Of a stretch of 64,000 nucleotides of DNA, positions 12,977 through 26,650 are shown piece by piece. Origin of the DNA: Octopus bimaculoides (taxonomy: Eukaryota); the NCBI RefSeq assembly GCF_001194135.2, contig NC_068999.1, positions 9,407,073-9,471,072 on the forward strand, in the 5' to 3' direction. The notes below the pieces were generated by a model. The model saw only the letters and a list, made by a program, of their open reading frames with translations. It searched no databases and had not been told where the DNA came from. The translations under genes and the position numbers were made by a program. Each line of letters begins with the position of its first letter. Position 1 is the stretch's first letter.

Positions 12977-13702
12977 NNNNNNNNNNNNNNNNNNNNNNNN
13001 NNNNNNNNNNNNNNNNNNNNNNNNNNNNNNNNNNNNNNNNNNNNNNNNNNNNNNNNNNNNNNNNNNNNNNNNNNNNNNNNNNNNNNNNNNNNNNNNNNNN
13101 NNNNNNNNNNNNNNNNNNNNNNNNNNNNNNNNNNNNNNNNNNNNNNNNNNNNNNNNNNNNNNNNNNNNNNNNNNNNNNNNNNNNNNNNNNNNNNNNNNNN
13201 NNNNNNNNNNNNNNNNNNNNNNNNNNNNNNNNNNNNNNNNNNNNNNNNNNNNNNNNNNNNNNNNNNNNNNNNNNNNNNNNNNNNNNNNNNNNNNNNNNNN
13301 NNNNNNNNNNNNNNNNNNNNNNNNNNNNNNNNNNNNNNNNNNNNNNNNNNNNNNNNNNNNNNNNNNNNNNNNNNNNNNNNNNNNNNNNNNNNNNNNNNNN
13401 NNNNNNNNNNNNNNNNNNNNNNNNNNNNNNNNNNNNNNNNNNNNNNNNNNNNNNNNNNNNNNNNNNNNNNNNNNNNNNNNNNNNNNNNNNNNNNNNNNNN
13501 NNNNNNNNNNNNNNNNNNNNNNNNNNNNNNNNNNNNNNNNNNNNNNNNNNNNNNNNNNNNNNNNNNNNNNNNNNNNNNNNNNNNNNNNNNNNNNNNNNNN
13601 NNNNNNNNNNNNNNNNNNNNNNNNNNNNNNNNNNNNNNNNNNNNNNNNNNNNNNNNNNNNNNNNNNNNNNNNNNNNNNNNNNNNNNNNNNNNNNNNNNNN
13701 NN

Positions 13703-14330
13703 ATGACGATGCTGATACTGATGCTGATGAGGCGGATGATGATGATGATGATGATGGTGATGATGTGAAAGAGTTGTGGGGTGAATGAGCGTGAGGAGTT
13801 TGACTAAGGGTAGCAGTGCTGGGGGGGGGTGATGACGACGATGGCGATGATGGTTATAAGAAGCGGAATGAGGAGAAGGAGGAAGAGGTGTATAACGATG
13901 AAAATAACTAAGACGATGTCAGCGCCGCCGCCGCCGTCGCCGCCGCAGTCGCCGTCGGTAACGACGACGACGACTAGGATGAGGATGATGATGACGACGA
14001 TGATGACTGAGGATGACGACGACGACGACGATGACGATGACGATGACGATGACAATAGTGATGGCGATGATGATGATGATGTTGATTATCATGATGATGA
14101 CAATGAAGCTTAGAACTGGCAAGGGGGTGATGGTATTTCGTTTTTTTTTGTTTGTTTTCTTTTGTATTAAATTTAATAAGGAAAATAATATTAACAACAT
14201 AAGCATAACTGCAAAAAAAAAATAAAATAAAAATAAATAGCAACCACAATTTATCAATGAATATACTAACCATAATAAAATGAAAACAGCGCTAACAGAA
14301 GCATCAATAAAAACAACATCAGTAATAATG

Positions 14331-14394
<64 letters not shown>

Positions 14395-14399
14395 TAAGT

Positions 14400-14470
<71 letters not shown>

Positions 14471-14507
14471 GATGATGATGATGATAATAATAATGATAAT
14501 AATAATG

Positions 14508-14562
<55 letters not shown>

Positions 14563-14585
14563 TAATAATAATAATAATAATAAAT
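13703..14585. repeat. Long compound trinucleotide tract (GAT/GAC/GCC/AAT)
   Basis: Directly visible; source of the poly-D/I/Y ORFs. Confidence 0.95.
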
Positions 14586-15096
14586 ATCAATTTCAGTTTC
14601 TGCCAAGTGCCTTAGCGCTATTTCATTATAGTACTGTTTCGTTTGTTTATTTGTATTTTATTTTTTTTATTGGTTAATCAAATTAGAAAATTTAATCAAA
14701 GAAATAAACAAGCGTATGAGTGAGGTTATTCGTAAAAAAACAAAACAAAAACACACGGACGCACACATAAAAATGGCAACCTACTTCTTTAGAGTATTAC
14801 GTATGCATTCTGTTTTGTTTGAGTAAAAGCGATGTGTATGTGTAGTTTGTGATACGTTTGTGTGGGTGTGTAAGAGTGTATGAAGGTGCGTGTGCGGGCG
14901 TGTGCATGCGTGTACGTGTGTATATGTGCGCGTCTGTATGTCTAATTAAGTATTGATGTGCGTAACCACGCATGACAACGTGCATGAATGAATACAGTTC
15001 AATAGGATGACACTGCAAACACGAAAAGTAATGTTGGCGCAGTGTGTTTGTGTGTGTGAGGGCATGTAAAGTATGTGTTCGTGTGTGGCATGTAAT

Positions 15097-15146
<50 letters not shown>

Positions 15147-15328
15147 GTATGTATATATATANNNNNNNNNNNNNNNNNNNNNNNNNNNNNNNNNNNNNNN
15201 NNNNNNNNNNNNNNNNNNNNNNNNNNNNNNNNNNNNNNNNNNNNNNNNNNNNNNNNNNNNNNNNNNNNNNNNNNNNNNNNNNNNNNNNNNNNNNNNNNNN
15301 NNNNNNNNNNNNNNNNNNNNNNNNNNNN

Positions 15329-15361
<33 letters not shown>

Positions 15362-16347
15362 CATATACATATACATATACATACACGTATACAAACACAT
15401 ACACATATACATTAATATTCAGACACATACATATACTCGCACAAATACACACAAACGTAGATATATATCATATAAATATAAATGTGTAGATTTATGTATG
15501 CATGCACGTATGTATGTATGTATGTATGTATGTATGTATATATGTATGTATTATGTATAAGCAATTGATCAATCGCGACTGCCTGTTTCGAAGTTTCGTT
15601 TATAATGGAGTCTCAACAAATTTCTGAAAAGCCAAAACTGGGAAAAACTTCAAGTAACGAATTACCTGATATAATGAATATAATGTTGGCTCTTGAGGCT
15701 TTTAAGAAGCGTATATTTAGTATTTAGTGAGCTGTGATGCATAAATCTCTGAAGTTTTCGTGAATATATGTGAGCAAGACAGCGTAACCTCGTTGCCGGG
15801 TATTATAGTCACGGTCCTAAGGTCTTAGTTTCGATTGCTAGAGAAGGCAGAACCGTCCCTGCATCGTTGATACAGTGTAATTATTAGAAAATGACTACGA
15901 TCATTGTCCTTGAGTTCTTCTCCCTGCAGTAGTTATGTAGTCTCTGAAGAGTAGGGCTAAGTTTATCAAAGCCAAGAGACACTCTATGCTCAAAGTAACA
16001 AACCAGAATAATAAACTATATCACAGTTGTTATTCGCTCGCGAGTGACTTCTAACTATAGGCCTATGTGTTTCAATACACACACATACCTACACACACAT
16101 GTACCCGCGCTCACACACACTTACACACACACACACACGTATATATACAGACGCGTAGACTCAGATACAAATATTCACATGCGCGAAACGCACACACACA
16201 GATCTATATATACACATATCTGTACATATAAGCGAGTTTTAGAATATGGAGGCTCCTAAACAACACATTCTAATGTCTTTAGCTTACTGATACTCCAGCC
16301 TGACTGAAGCAGCATTATATAAAATGAAATATTCGCAAACACATCAG

Positions 16348-16388
<41 letters not shown>

Positions 16389-16625
16389 NNNNNNNNNNNN
16401 NNNNNNNNNNNNNNNNNNNNNNNNNNNNNNNNNNNNNNNNNNNNNNNNNNNNNNNNNNNNNNNNNNNNNNNNNNNNNNNNNNNNNNNNNNNNNNNNNNNN
16501 NNNNNNNNNNNNNNNNNNNNNNNNNNNNNNNNNNNNNNNNNNNNNNNNNNNNNNNNNNNNNNNNNNNNNNNNNNNNNNNNNNNNNNNNNNNNNNNNNNNN
16601 NNNNNNNNATATATAAATGTATGTA

Positions 16626-16860
16626 TAAGGCGACGAGCTGGCAGAAACGTTAGCACGCCGGTCGAAATGCTTAGCGGTATTTCGTCTACCGCTACGTTCT
16701 GAGTTCAAATTCCGCCGAGGTCGACTCTGCCTTTTATCCTTTCGGGGTCGATTAAATAAGTACCAGTTACGCACTGGGATCGGTATAATCGACTTAATCC
16801 GTTTGTCTGTCCTTGTTTGTCCCCTCTGTGTGTAGCCCCTTGTGGGTAGTAAAGAAATAA
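16626..16860 (+). mobile_element. Best-preserved SINE family A copy
   Basis: taaggcgacgagctggcagaaacgttagc...ctgagttcaaattccgccgaggtcgac...taagtaccagttacgcactggg...gccccttgtgggtagtaaagaaataa; matches the minus copy at 40015-40205. Confidence 0.9.
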
Positions 16861-17263
16861 CACACACACATATATATGTATGTATTGTCATTTTTTATTT
16901 CACAACATGTGATATTCACTAACAGCTATTTTTTACACATTCCTAACAGTAAATTATTTTTAGCCCCTGTACGTCGTTCAGATTCTATACGTTTCCTCTT
17001 TACAAAATATAGTTTGTTCTGTTTGTATATACAAACGTATTGTCATACACGAATAAATCATTGTATTAATGTATAAATCTGTACACACACACACACACAT
17101 TTATATATATATATATATGAATAAACATAATTGGCTGTAAACAGAATAATATGGTGAAATGGGATTTAAAATATCCTAACTTTATTATACAGACAACGGA
17201 TATACAAATATATACACATATATGTATACACACACACACACACACACACGCACACAAACACAC

Positions 17264-17361
<98 letters not shown>

Positions 17362-18039
17362 NNNNNNNNNNNNNNNNNNNNNNNNNNNNNNNNNNNNNNN
17401 NNNNNNNNNNNNNNNNNNNNNNNNNNNNNNNNNNNNNNNNNNNNNNNNNNNNNNNNNNNNNNNNNNNNNNNNNNNNNNNNNNNNNNNNNNNNNNNNNNNN
17501 NNNNNNNNNNNNNNNNNNNNNNNNNNNNNNNNNNNNNNNNNNNNNNNNNNNNNNNNNNNNNNNNNNNNNNNNNNNNNNNNNNNNNNNNNNNNNNNNNNNN
17601 NNNNNNNNNNNNNNNNNNNNNNNNNNNNNNNNNNNNNNNNNNNNNNNNNNNNNNNNNNNNNNNNNNNNNNNNNNNNNNNNNNNNNNNNNNNNNNNNNNNN
17701 NNNNNNNNNNNNNNNNNNNNNNNNNNNNNNNNNNNNNNNNNNNNNNNNNNNNNNNNNNNNNNNNNNNNNNNNNNNNNNNNNNNNNNNNNNNNNNNNNNNN
17801 NNNNNNNNNNNNNNNNNNNNNNNNNNNNNNNNNNNNNNNNNNNNNNNNNNNNNNNNNNNNNNNNNNNNNNNNNNNNNNNNNNNNNNNNNNNNNNNNNNNN
17901 NNNNNNNNNNNNNNNNNNNNNNNNNNNNNNNNNNNNNNNNNNNNNNNNNNNNNNNNNNNNNNNNNNNNNNNNNNNNNNNNNNNNNNNNNNNNNNNNNNNN
18001 NNNNNNNNNNNNNNNNNNNNNNNNNNNNNNNNNNNNNNN

Positions 18040-18074
<35 letters not shown>

Positions 18075-19326
18075 GTGTATATAAGTATATATACATGTAT
18101 ATATATGTATATACACATTTATATATATGTATATTTATACATGTATTTATACATGTATATGCTTATATTTTTATATATATATATTTACATAAAAATATAT
18201 ATGTAAATACACATACACACACTCACAGACGCACACGCACACATACACATACACACATATATCATACACACCCTCTTTTCCTCTCATACTCTCATTCACC
18301 CACCCTGGTGTTCTTTATCTTCCTCTCCCTCTAATTTTTGCTGAAACTTCAAAATTCACCAAAATAGGAGATATTTTATTAGCGCTTTATTGTTTTACGA
18401 CTCGGATTTAATGGCGTGGCACACATTGTTATTCTGACTAGAAGAGAAGGTTTTTGCAGCATCGCTTCAGAACCAGTCTTCGGCTATTACTCTAACCTGT
18501 ATTTGACCCATTCCATACTCTTTGCCAATAAATTGTACAATTAGCTCTTGTTCTTGCACAAATCAAACACTCTGCGTTTCTGTGTGTGTCTGCGGTTTTA
18601 TGTATGTAATTCACAACACGTCCGATGTATGTGGATGTATACGTATTTCGCTATGTGGGTGTCTGTAAGAGGGTTTCACAGTGTGTGTATGTATGTGTTT
18701 GATTTTGCGTGGATGTGCGTATGTATATGTGCAACTTCAGCTCTCAGTGAATTTCACGATGTCTATGTGTATATATGTGTCTATGCTTAGATGTGTTCGT
18801 GTAATTGTGTGAATTTATAGAAGAACCGGGTTTACAATATATATGTGTGTGTGTATATGTATCTATTTCATTGTTTGCGTGTATTGTGTGTGTATATCCA
18901 TGTAAGTTATGTATATGTACGCCATTAAATATGTATATGTGCATAAATAATATTTTATATATAATATATCCATACGTATGCTTATACATATATTACAAAC
19001 TACGTACGTAAAAATGTGTGTGTATTTGTGTATGTATGTAAGTGCGAGTATATATGAACATATATACATACGCATATACATATATACATGTATATATACA
19101 TACAAATATGTATATACATATATATGTATATATATATACATATATATATATANNNNNNNNNNNNNNNNNNNNNNNNNNNNNNNNNNNNNNNNNNNNNNNN
19201 NNNNNNNNNNNNNNNNNNNNNNNNNNNNNNNNNNNNNNNNNNNNNNNNNNNNNNNNNNNNNNNNNNNNNNNNNNNNNNNNNNNNNNNNNNNNNNNNNNNN
19301 NNNNNNNNNNNNNNNNNNNNNNNNNN

Positions 19327-19357
<31 letters not shown>

Positions 19358-20425
19358 GGGAGATACACGAAGCATTGAATGATATATGTGTTTACAATAT
19401 GAATGTGTGTTTACTGATTTTATATTATTTCTTATATTTCTCGGTTGGGTGTAAAACACGAGTGTCTCTGTGGCTTATTTATTATATGTGTATATGCGTA
19501 CACTTATGCCTACGCACTTGCACGTATATACACTTGTATGCGTAGTTTTTCGTATGTGCACGAGTATGTATTTCTTTCTCGTTTATGCACGAATGTGTGT
19601 GTGTTTGTGTATGTGTGTGCTATAGAAAAAGTGATAGAACGCGAGTCTGAGCGAGCGAGAGTGTGAGAGAGTGTTGAAGCCTCACAGTTATAGCTGGGTC
19701 GTTGCGGTCAAGCATACATCGTTATAACGAGAACAAAGTATTGCCAATTAGATCCGAAATTTGTGTACGACTTTAGTGAAACTTCAGTTTGGCTCTAAAC
19801 GTTCGGAAGGCATCAGTTAAAATTATCTGAGTGATGGGCGATTCATTTCGTCATTCCATTGAATACCGTTATCTTTGATCTGCAACCTTTTTTTGTACAA
19901 TTCTTGTATTATGGACATTTTAAATTGAATTTTCTACGGTAACTGTCTGACCATTATTTCCAAATTGAACATTTGCGCTTGTGTCAAACCGGCCGCCATT
20001 GTAAGTAGCTTATTTGATAAGCACTCTTTATATAGCTATGATCAACATCTTTCAGAATCCGAACAACTTTCATCTTTGCTTGACCTTTGACACCGTGGTA
20101 TTTACTTTACTATTTAGGCTAAAGTAGAAGCATCATCGAACAACGAATGCACAGTGTTATTATGGCAGTGACAGTAAAGAAGAAATGAAAAGAAAAAGCC
20201 AGTTTTCCTGACGAATCGAAAAGACAACAATTCATTCATTTGAGACGTTGGTGATAAAAAGTCACGTGGATACCTGACGGAAATGGCAAAGGGGTCGTGG
20301 AAATATAGCAATAAACAATAGCAGAATGCGTTGAAGAGTCATAATGGCCAAATGGATAAGGTGATGGCCTTTTGGTTTAAAAGTCAACGGTTCGTACCAG
20401 AGTTCTATGCATAGCCTGCCCTTAC

Positions 20426-20638
20426 CTTCAAGCAGAACAAGTATACGTTGGTTACAGAAGCGCGCTGGGGTTTCTCCAGATATGTACGGCGGTGCTGGCA
20501 GGATGGTTGTTGAAACTGTAGTGATATAGTGTGATTCCTGTACTGTTTGTTTTATGATTTCCACAGAGTTGCGTGAACGAACGGTATGTGAATGGGCGAT
20601 ACTAGTAATGGCCTTGACGCCGTTGTAACTGTTATATT
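20426..20638 (-). CDS. Candidate symmetric phase 1-1 coding exon (213 nt), Thr/Pro-rich then FCNQRILVLLE
   Basis: Acceptor tttctcctttaatgctaatctcag|, strong donor GAAG|gtaagg, 70 open codons, GC above background. Joins 8311 in frame as LLE-G-PIVE. Confidence 0.4.
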
Positions 20639-21373
20639 CTGAGATTAGCATTAAAGGAGAAATTCTTTTATTGAAAACCTTCCAACAGTTGACATAACTC
20701 TTTTTGCTGTTATAATATATTTAGAAGTACATTTTAAATGTTCCATTCCTTATTTAACACAATAAGGAGAGATCTAAGGAAAATTTCGTTGTAAATTTAG
20801 CAAATTGAATTATTATGCATAATCTGCCACTTGTTAGATTCGGGTCTTCAATTTGAATTTTTCCATTTATATAGACGTACCAATAAGATCTTAGAATGTG
20901 GAAATTAGGATATATACATATATGCGTATGTTCGCGCGTGTGTGTACGTGTGTTTGTTCGTGTGTGTGCATGTATAAGTGAGTGTGTGTGCGTGTCTATG
21001 TATCTGTGGTTATATATAGTTATATTATATTATATATATATGTACATATGGATAATTATGACCAAGGAGAATAGAGGGAGCAACTACTTTTATTTCATTG
21101 ATTAACGATTGTTTTATCGAAAATCGATCTCATGGGAATCACTATATCATTATGCAATAATATATACAAAGATTGATACATGAGAATTCAAAGACAAAAT
21201 GGAAGACCGATTCTTCACTTCTTTTAGCTTAATTCCGGTAAACTCCAGGGTTAACACCTAAATGAAATTACTAGATATACAGAGATATTTAAACATACTA
21301 GCATATATATGCATATTTATATACAAACAAATAGTACATATACGCATGTATATCTATCTATCTATCTTTCTAT

Positions 21374-21417
<44 letters not shown>

Positions 21418-21564
21418 NNNNNNNNNNNNNNNNNNNNNNNNNNNNNNNNNNNNNNNNNNNNNNNNNNNNNNNNNNNNNNNNNNNNNNNNNNNNNNNNNNN
21501 NNNNNNNNNNNNNNNNNNNNNNNNNNNNNNNNNNNNNNNNNNNNNNNATATATATATACTTCAT

Positions 21565-21639
21565 TAATGAATCTGCAAAGACATCACAGAGGCTGTTACT
21601 CAGAGTAATAGTTCTTATGATGTCTTTGCAGCTTTATTG
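21565..21639 (+). other. 75-nt imperfect hairpin (pre-miRNA-like or decayed palindrome)
   Basis: Perfect 14-bp core ctgcaaagacatca/tgatgtctttgcag; pairing extends on both sides with 6 G-U pairs on the plus strand. Confidence 0.5.
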
Positions 21640-23175
21640 TTAGAGCATATTACTCTATCTCCGGTATTTGAGTACTATTTCTTTCCACCTTATTTCACAT
21701 GTATATCCTTTCTCTAGTACACACATTTATATACGCGAATGTATGTGTATGTTTGTGTTCTCTAGGGTGTTTCTATTTATGTATATAATTTTACTGGTGT
21801 GTATATATACGTATTTACATCGTAACTTGTCTCGTCTGTGTCATTCTCTTTAAGCCGCTGTTTAACAGTCTATCTTTATCTCTAATAATACTTTCTCTCT
21901 TCTAATCATTATATATATATTAGTATGTTTAAATACATTTTTCGCTTTGTATTCAGATTAATTGTTCCTGTTAGCTTGCCGATTCACAAATATTACGACA
22001 CAAATGTATTCTGTACATTTAACTTCTCTTTATAATCTTTGTTCGCCATTGTTTTCAATTTTTTTTGTGTTCTTTACACAATTTTTTCACACCCTTTTTC
22101 GCATTTCCTTCCCTTTCTTTTCATACTTTTAGTTTTTTATCTCATCTCATACTATCATCTTTTGAAATTATCACATCCTCGGGTGGATAGAGACGCTTTT
22201 TTCACCTTCCTCTTTTGATATTGGCTTATATTTGTGTTAAATACATGTTTGTTGCAATTTATGTTTGTTGGTAAAAGTGTCTCTATGTTCGTCTGCATAC
22301 AAATACGTGTGCGCACGTATATACGTATACGTCTGCATGTCTATGTTTGTGATTAATTTTTTCTTTCGCAAATTGGTAATTTGTCAACTGACATTTTCGA
22401 TATTTGCTAACTAAAAAACGAGATGTACGAAACAATGGATTATTCTTAATATTGCTGCTTTGCTTTTTTTGCTTAAAAAAATATTTGATTATTTTAAATC
22501 TTCGATATAAATTCATAGAGTGAGTTGTTTCTATATATGTGTGTTAGCACGTTGATTCACTATGCTTTTAGCATATCTGACAATACCATCCATATATGTA
22601 TTTATACGTACACACACACACACCTATATATANNNNNNNNNNNNNNNNNNNNNNNNNNNNNNNNNNNNNNNNNNNNNNNNNNNNNNNNNNNNNNNNNNNN
22701 NNNNNNNNNNNNNNNNNNNNNNNNNNNNNNNNNNNNNNNNNNNNNNNNNNNNNNNNNNNNNNNNNNNNNNNNNNNNNNNNNNNNNNNNNNNNNNNNNNNN
22801 NNNNNNNNNNNNNNNNNNNNNNNNNNNNNNNNNNNNNNNNNNNNNNNNNNNNNNNNNNNNNNNNNNNNNNNNNNNNNNNNNNNNNNNNNNNNNNNNNNNN
22901 NNNNNNNNNNNNNNNNNNNNNNNNNNNNNNNNNNNNNNNNNNNNNNNNNNNNNNNNNNNNNNNNNNNNNNNNNNNNNNNNNNNNNNNNNNNNNNNNNNNN
23001 NNNNNNNNNNNNNNNNNNNNNNNNNNNNNNNNNNNNNNNNNNNNNNNNNNNNNNNNNNNNNNNNNNNNNNNNNNNNNNNNNNNNNNNNNNNNNNNNNNNN
23101 NNNNNNNNNNNNNNNNNNNNNNNNNNNNNNNNNNNNNNNNNNNNNNNNNNNNNNNNNNNNNNNNNNNNNNNNNNN

Positions 23176-23225
<50 letters not shown>

Positions 23226-23981
23226 TGTGTGTGTGTGTGCATCTACTTCTCAGTAAATGTGCATACGTATGCATATGTCTGTACATAGACAGAGAGGAGA
23301 GGCAGATACATACATACATACACACACATAACATAATACGTACGCCTTCACCCCACCCCGACAGTGTTTCCGAATATGAATATTTGTTCCATATAAATGA
23401 AATCAAATATCTAAACATCTAGAATTATATTAGAAATACTCTTACTCATTTAATGTTTATAATCTCTACATCCGATGTCCCAAATGCATCTATTGTGTTC
23501 GAATAATATCTGACAAACTGCCGAAACAGCAAATAACCTGCGGATCTGTATGAAAAGTCGGTTTGTAATTTTTTGTCATCTTATGTGGATTAAAGCACTA
23601 TTTTCTTTTTATTTCTTTCATTTAATCTGATGCTGTTTCGAGAATTTCTTTGTTTGTTTTTAGACAACATTAATGTTTTATAAATATATTTTATTTATTT
23701 ATTTATTTATCGATCTAGTGGATGTTTCTGCTAGTTAAATTCCATTATTATAGAATTTATGAACTAAAAACTGGAATAAACAATAAATGGTATATTCATA
23801 ATGAATTATGAGATTTCTTAGTCACACGCGTTGAAAAAAATTTAATGGAACACGTAAAAAAACATATACAGTTTTGCATACACTGAAACACATTCAAGCA
23901 CACATATAAACACACATACGTAAACACACACGCACAGTAACACATAAATATGTCTGTGTGTGTGAGTGTATATCTATCAAT

Positions 23982-24021
<40 letters not shown>

Positions 24022-24060
24022 ATANNNNNNNNNNNNNNNNNNNNNNNNNNNNNNNNNNNN

Positions 24061-24073
24061 GCTCTTCCGATCT
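24061..24073. other. Illumina adapter remnant GCTCTTCCGATCT
   Basis: Exact 13-nt match to the adapter end, starting at the first base after an N gap. Confidence 0.85.
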
Positions 24074-25349
24074 TATATATATATAATGTACCATACCCCA
24101 CCCCACACGTATACTTATATGGAATTCATACGCAAACGTAACTATAGGGATAAAAATTGTCGCACCTGTCCGCGTGTATATACATACATATGTGTGTGTG
24201 TATATGTGTGAATGTTAGTTAACGTTTCAATCTGTATTGTGCTAAAATGTCACTGGCACATGCACCAAAGCGCACGCGCACATGTAACTACTTAAAATGT
24301 CTAATAAATTATTTATTTTTGCATTCTCTTATTTTGATGGATAACAACAAAAACAACAGCAATAATAATAATAATTTCGTCAATTATTATTTTTCTTCAT
24401 CTTTCTCTTCCTATCATTATCGTTGTTATTATAGTTATTATTATTATCATTATTATTATTATTATTATTATCATCATCATTATTATTATTATCATTATTA
24501 TTCTTATTATCATTATTATTATTATCATTATTATTCTTATTATCATCATTATTATTATTATTATTATTGTTATTATTATTTTTATTATTATCATTGTTAT
24601 TATTATTATTGTTATAGCATTGTCAACGTAAAGTGAATGCAGCTATCTGTTTAGTTCTCTGTATTGCTTTGTAATCACTGAGATTGCCCAAGGTAAACAG
24701 TTTTAGAAATTTAAAACTAAAAACTCACGTATGCTTAAGTACATGCCACAAAAGACATGCGCACATCTCTACACAGAGGTTAGTTTTAACACGCACAAGA
24801 ATAATCACGCACCCCCTCACACACACAAACACACACATGCGTACGTACGCACATTCGTGCACGTACACAAAAGCACCTACAAACACATATGTACAAACAT
24901 TCATGCACATGCGAACACACTTATATACGTATATGCATATCTGGACAAACACACCGAGATTTCAAAAGCAAAATATTTAATCGTAATTATTTACGCATAT
25001 GTATGCATATACATATGTGTCTGTGTATCAGTACAACACACTCACGTATACACGTACCAACGAATATGCACATATAACCAACAATAAGCAATGACTCGTA
25101 ATATGCATTTACATTTGATCATAGATTGATAGAGTTACACGCACAACACCAACGATCAACGTACTTTTTTATGCCACACACACTTAGTTGCGCATGTAAA
25201 CAGTATCATGCATGTGTACATATTCACATGCAGAGAAAAACATATCGTATAATGCAAAGCTTTGTCGTATCTCATAAGCACACGTTCGTATATACAGGCA
25301 TTGGCACTGAAAAGATCCGCAAAAAACCAAGTGTTGTATAATTACCGAA

Positions 25350-25682
25350 CACATTAGGCCCGGGTCTCCGTTGGTTACACCAATGACAGTTTAAGCTGAT
25401 ACGATCAACGGAACATACTCTTCCTGTCATTAATGTGAAAGCAACTGAGCACTCCATAGTTAAGCGTACCTTCAACGCAGTTCTCGGTGAGTTTCAGCCC
25501 AACAGAAATTATGACAAGGCTGGCCCTTTTGAATTACAGGTACAGCGTATTTTGTCAGCTGAGTGGAGTGGAGCAAGATGAACTAAAGTGTCTTGCTCAA
25601 GAGTACAAGACGTCGCCAGGAATTGAAAATACAACCTAACGATCGTGACACGAATAACCTAGCCACTAAGCCACGCGCCTTG
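25350..25682 (-). mobile_element. tRNA-derived SINE (family C here)
   Basis: Minus head ggcgcgtggcttagtggctagg...caattcct, then core cttgagcaagacactttagttcatcttgctcc; shared with 38110 and 40210. Confidence 0.75.
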
Positions 25683-25986
25683 AACAAAACACATAAACGC
25701 AATGTAAACTCATACGAATATTAACATATATATGTGCATGTACGCTTGCAAGCAAACCTGCTTGCTCCAACATATATTCGTCGGGATATCGTAATTTGAG
25801 GGAATATCTGTCGAAGAATCTCGATAATTGTTATATTCATGAAGATGACTTTAATAACTTCAAAATATTTTCGATTCATTTATTTTTTGATGCAAGCCCA
25901 CCTAAAACTGCCATAAGGTGTATGACACAAACGGTCGTCTATAAATTGATCGAAATTAAAAAACTTCCACCAAAATTTCATGAACA

Positions 25987-26072
25987 TTTATGCACCAGAT
26001 CGCAGATCATTGGTGACAAGAATATATATATATATATTGTTGTCACCAATGATCTGCGATCTGGTGCATAAA
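25987..26072. repeat. 86-bp near-perfect palindrome centred on (AT)n
   Basis: 33-bp perfect arms (25987-26019 and 26040-26072), one G/G mismatch and a self-complementary core aatatatatatatatatt. Confidence 0.95.
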
Positions 26073-26124
26073 GAAGAGTATTTTCAGGTGTGGTTAGAAA
26101 ATGTGATTACATGTGAGGTCCATA

Positions 26125-26171
<47 letters not shown>

Positions 26172-26311
26172 CAGTAGAAACAAAAATATTCTATTATGAC
26201 AGCTTACTGATTGTCGTAAACTATACATATATAAATTCCTCTATTTACCTAATATCGAAGTCTCATTCTTTTGTCGTAATTTTATTATAATTATCATTAT
26301 TATCATTATTA

Positions 26312-26388
<77 letters not shown>

Positions 26389-26415
26389 GTCATCATCATC
26401 ATTATCAACATCATC

Positions 26416-26479
<64 letters not shown>

Positions 26480-26482
26480 CTT

Positions 26483-26650
26483 AGTGGGCTTCCGCACAGT
26501 TTTAGTCTATGGACTTCATTCATAAGGACAGTGGTCTCCCTGGGGATAATAGTCGAATATACTTACTCAAGTTACCAGGTAGTGGCACTAAACCCGTAAA
26601 CGTGGCTGCAAATCAATCTTCTTAACCTCAAACCACGCCTGCGCCTGCGT
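26483..26650 (-). mobile_element. SINE family B, diverged 5' half
   Basis: Reverse complement aligns with the head and body of 683-845 (aggcgcaggcgtgg...actgtgcggaagccc). Confidence 0.65.

Noticed and set aside
19745-19770. tagatccgaaatttgtg resembles miR-10
   Set aside because: The seed region does not match, there is an extra base, and there is no hairpin partner.
20567-20583. 17-nt plus-strand micro-exon with good AG/GT sites
   Set aside because: Frame-shifting, lies antisense within the better 213-nt candidate, and has no partners.
23445-23545. Minus peptide GYLLFRQF resembles a GRK RGS-domain motif
   Set aside because: All frames stop before the only good donor; likely coincidence.
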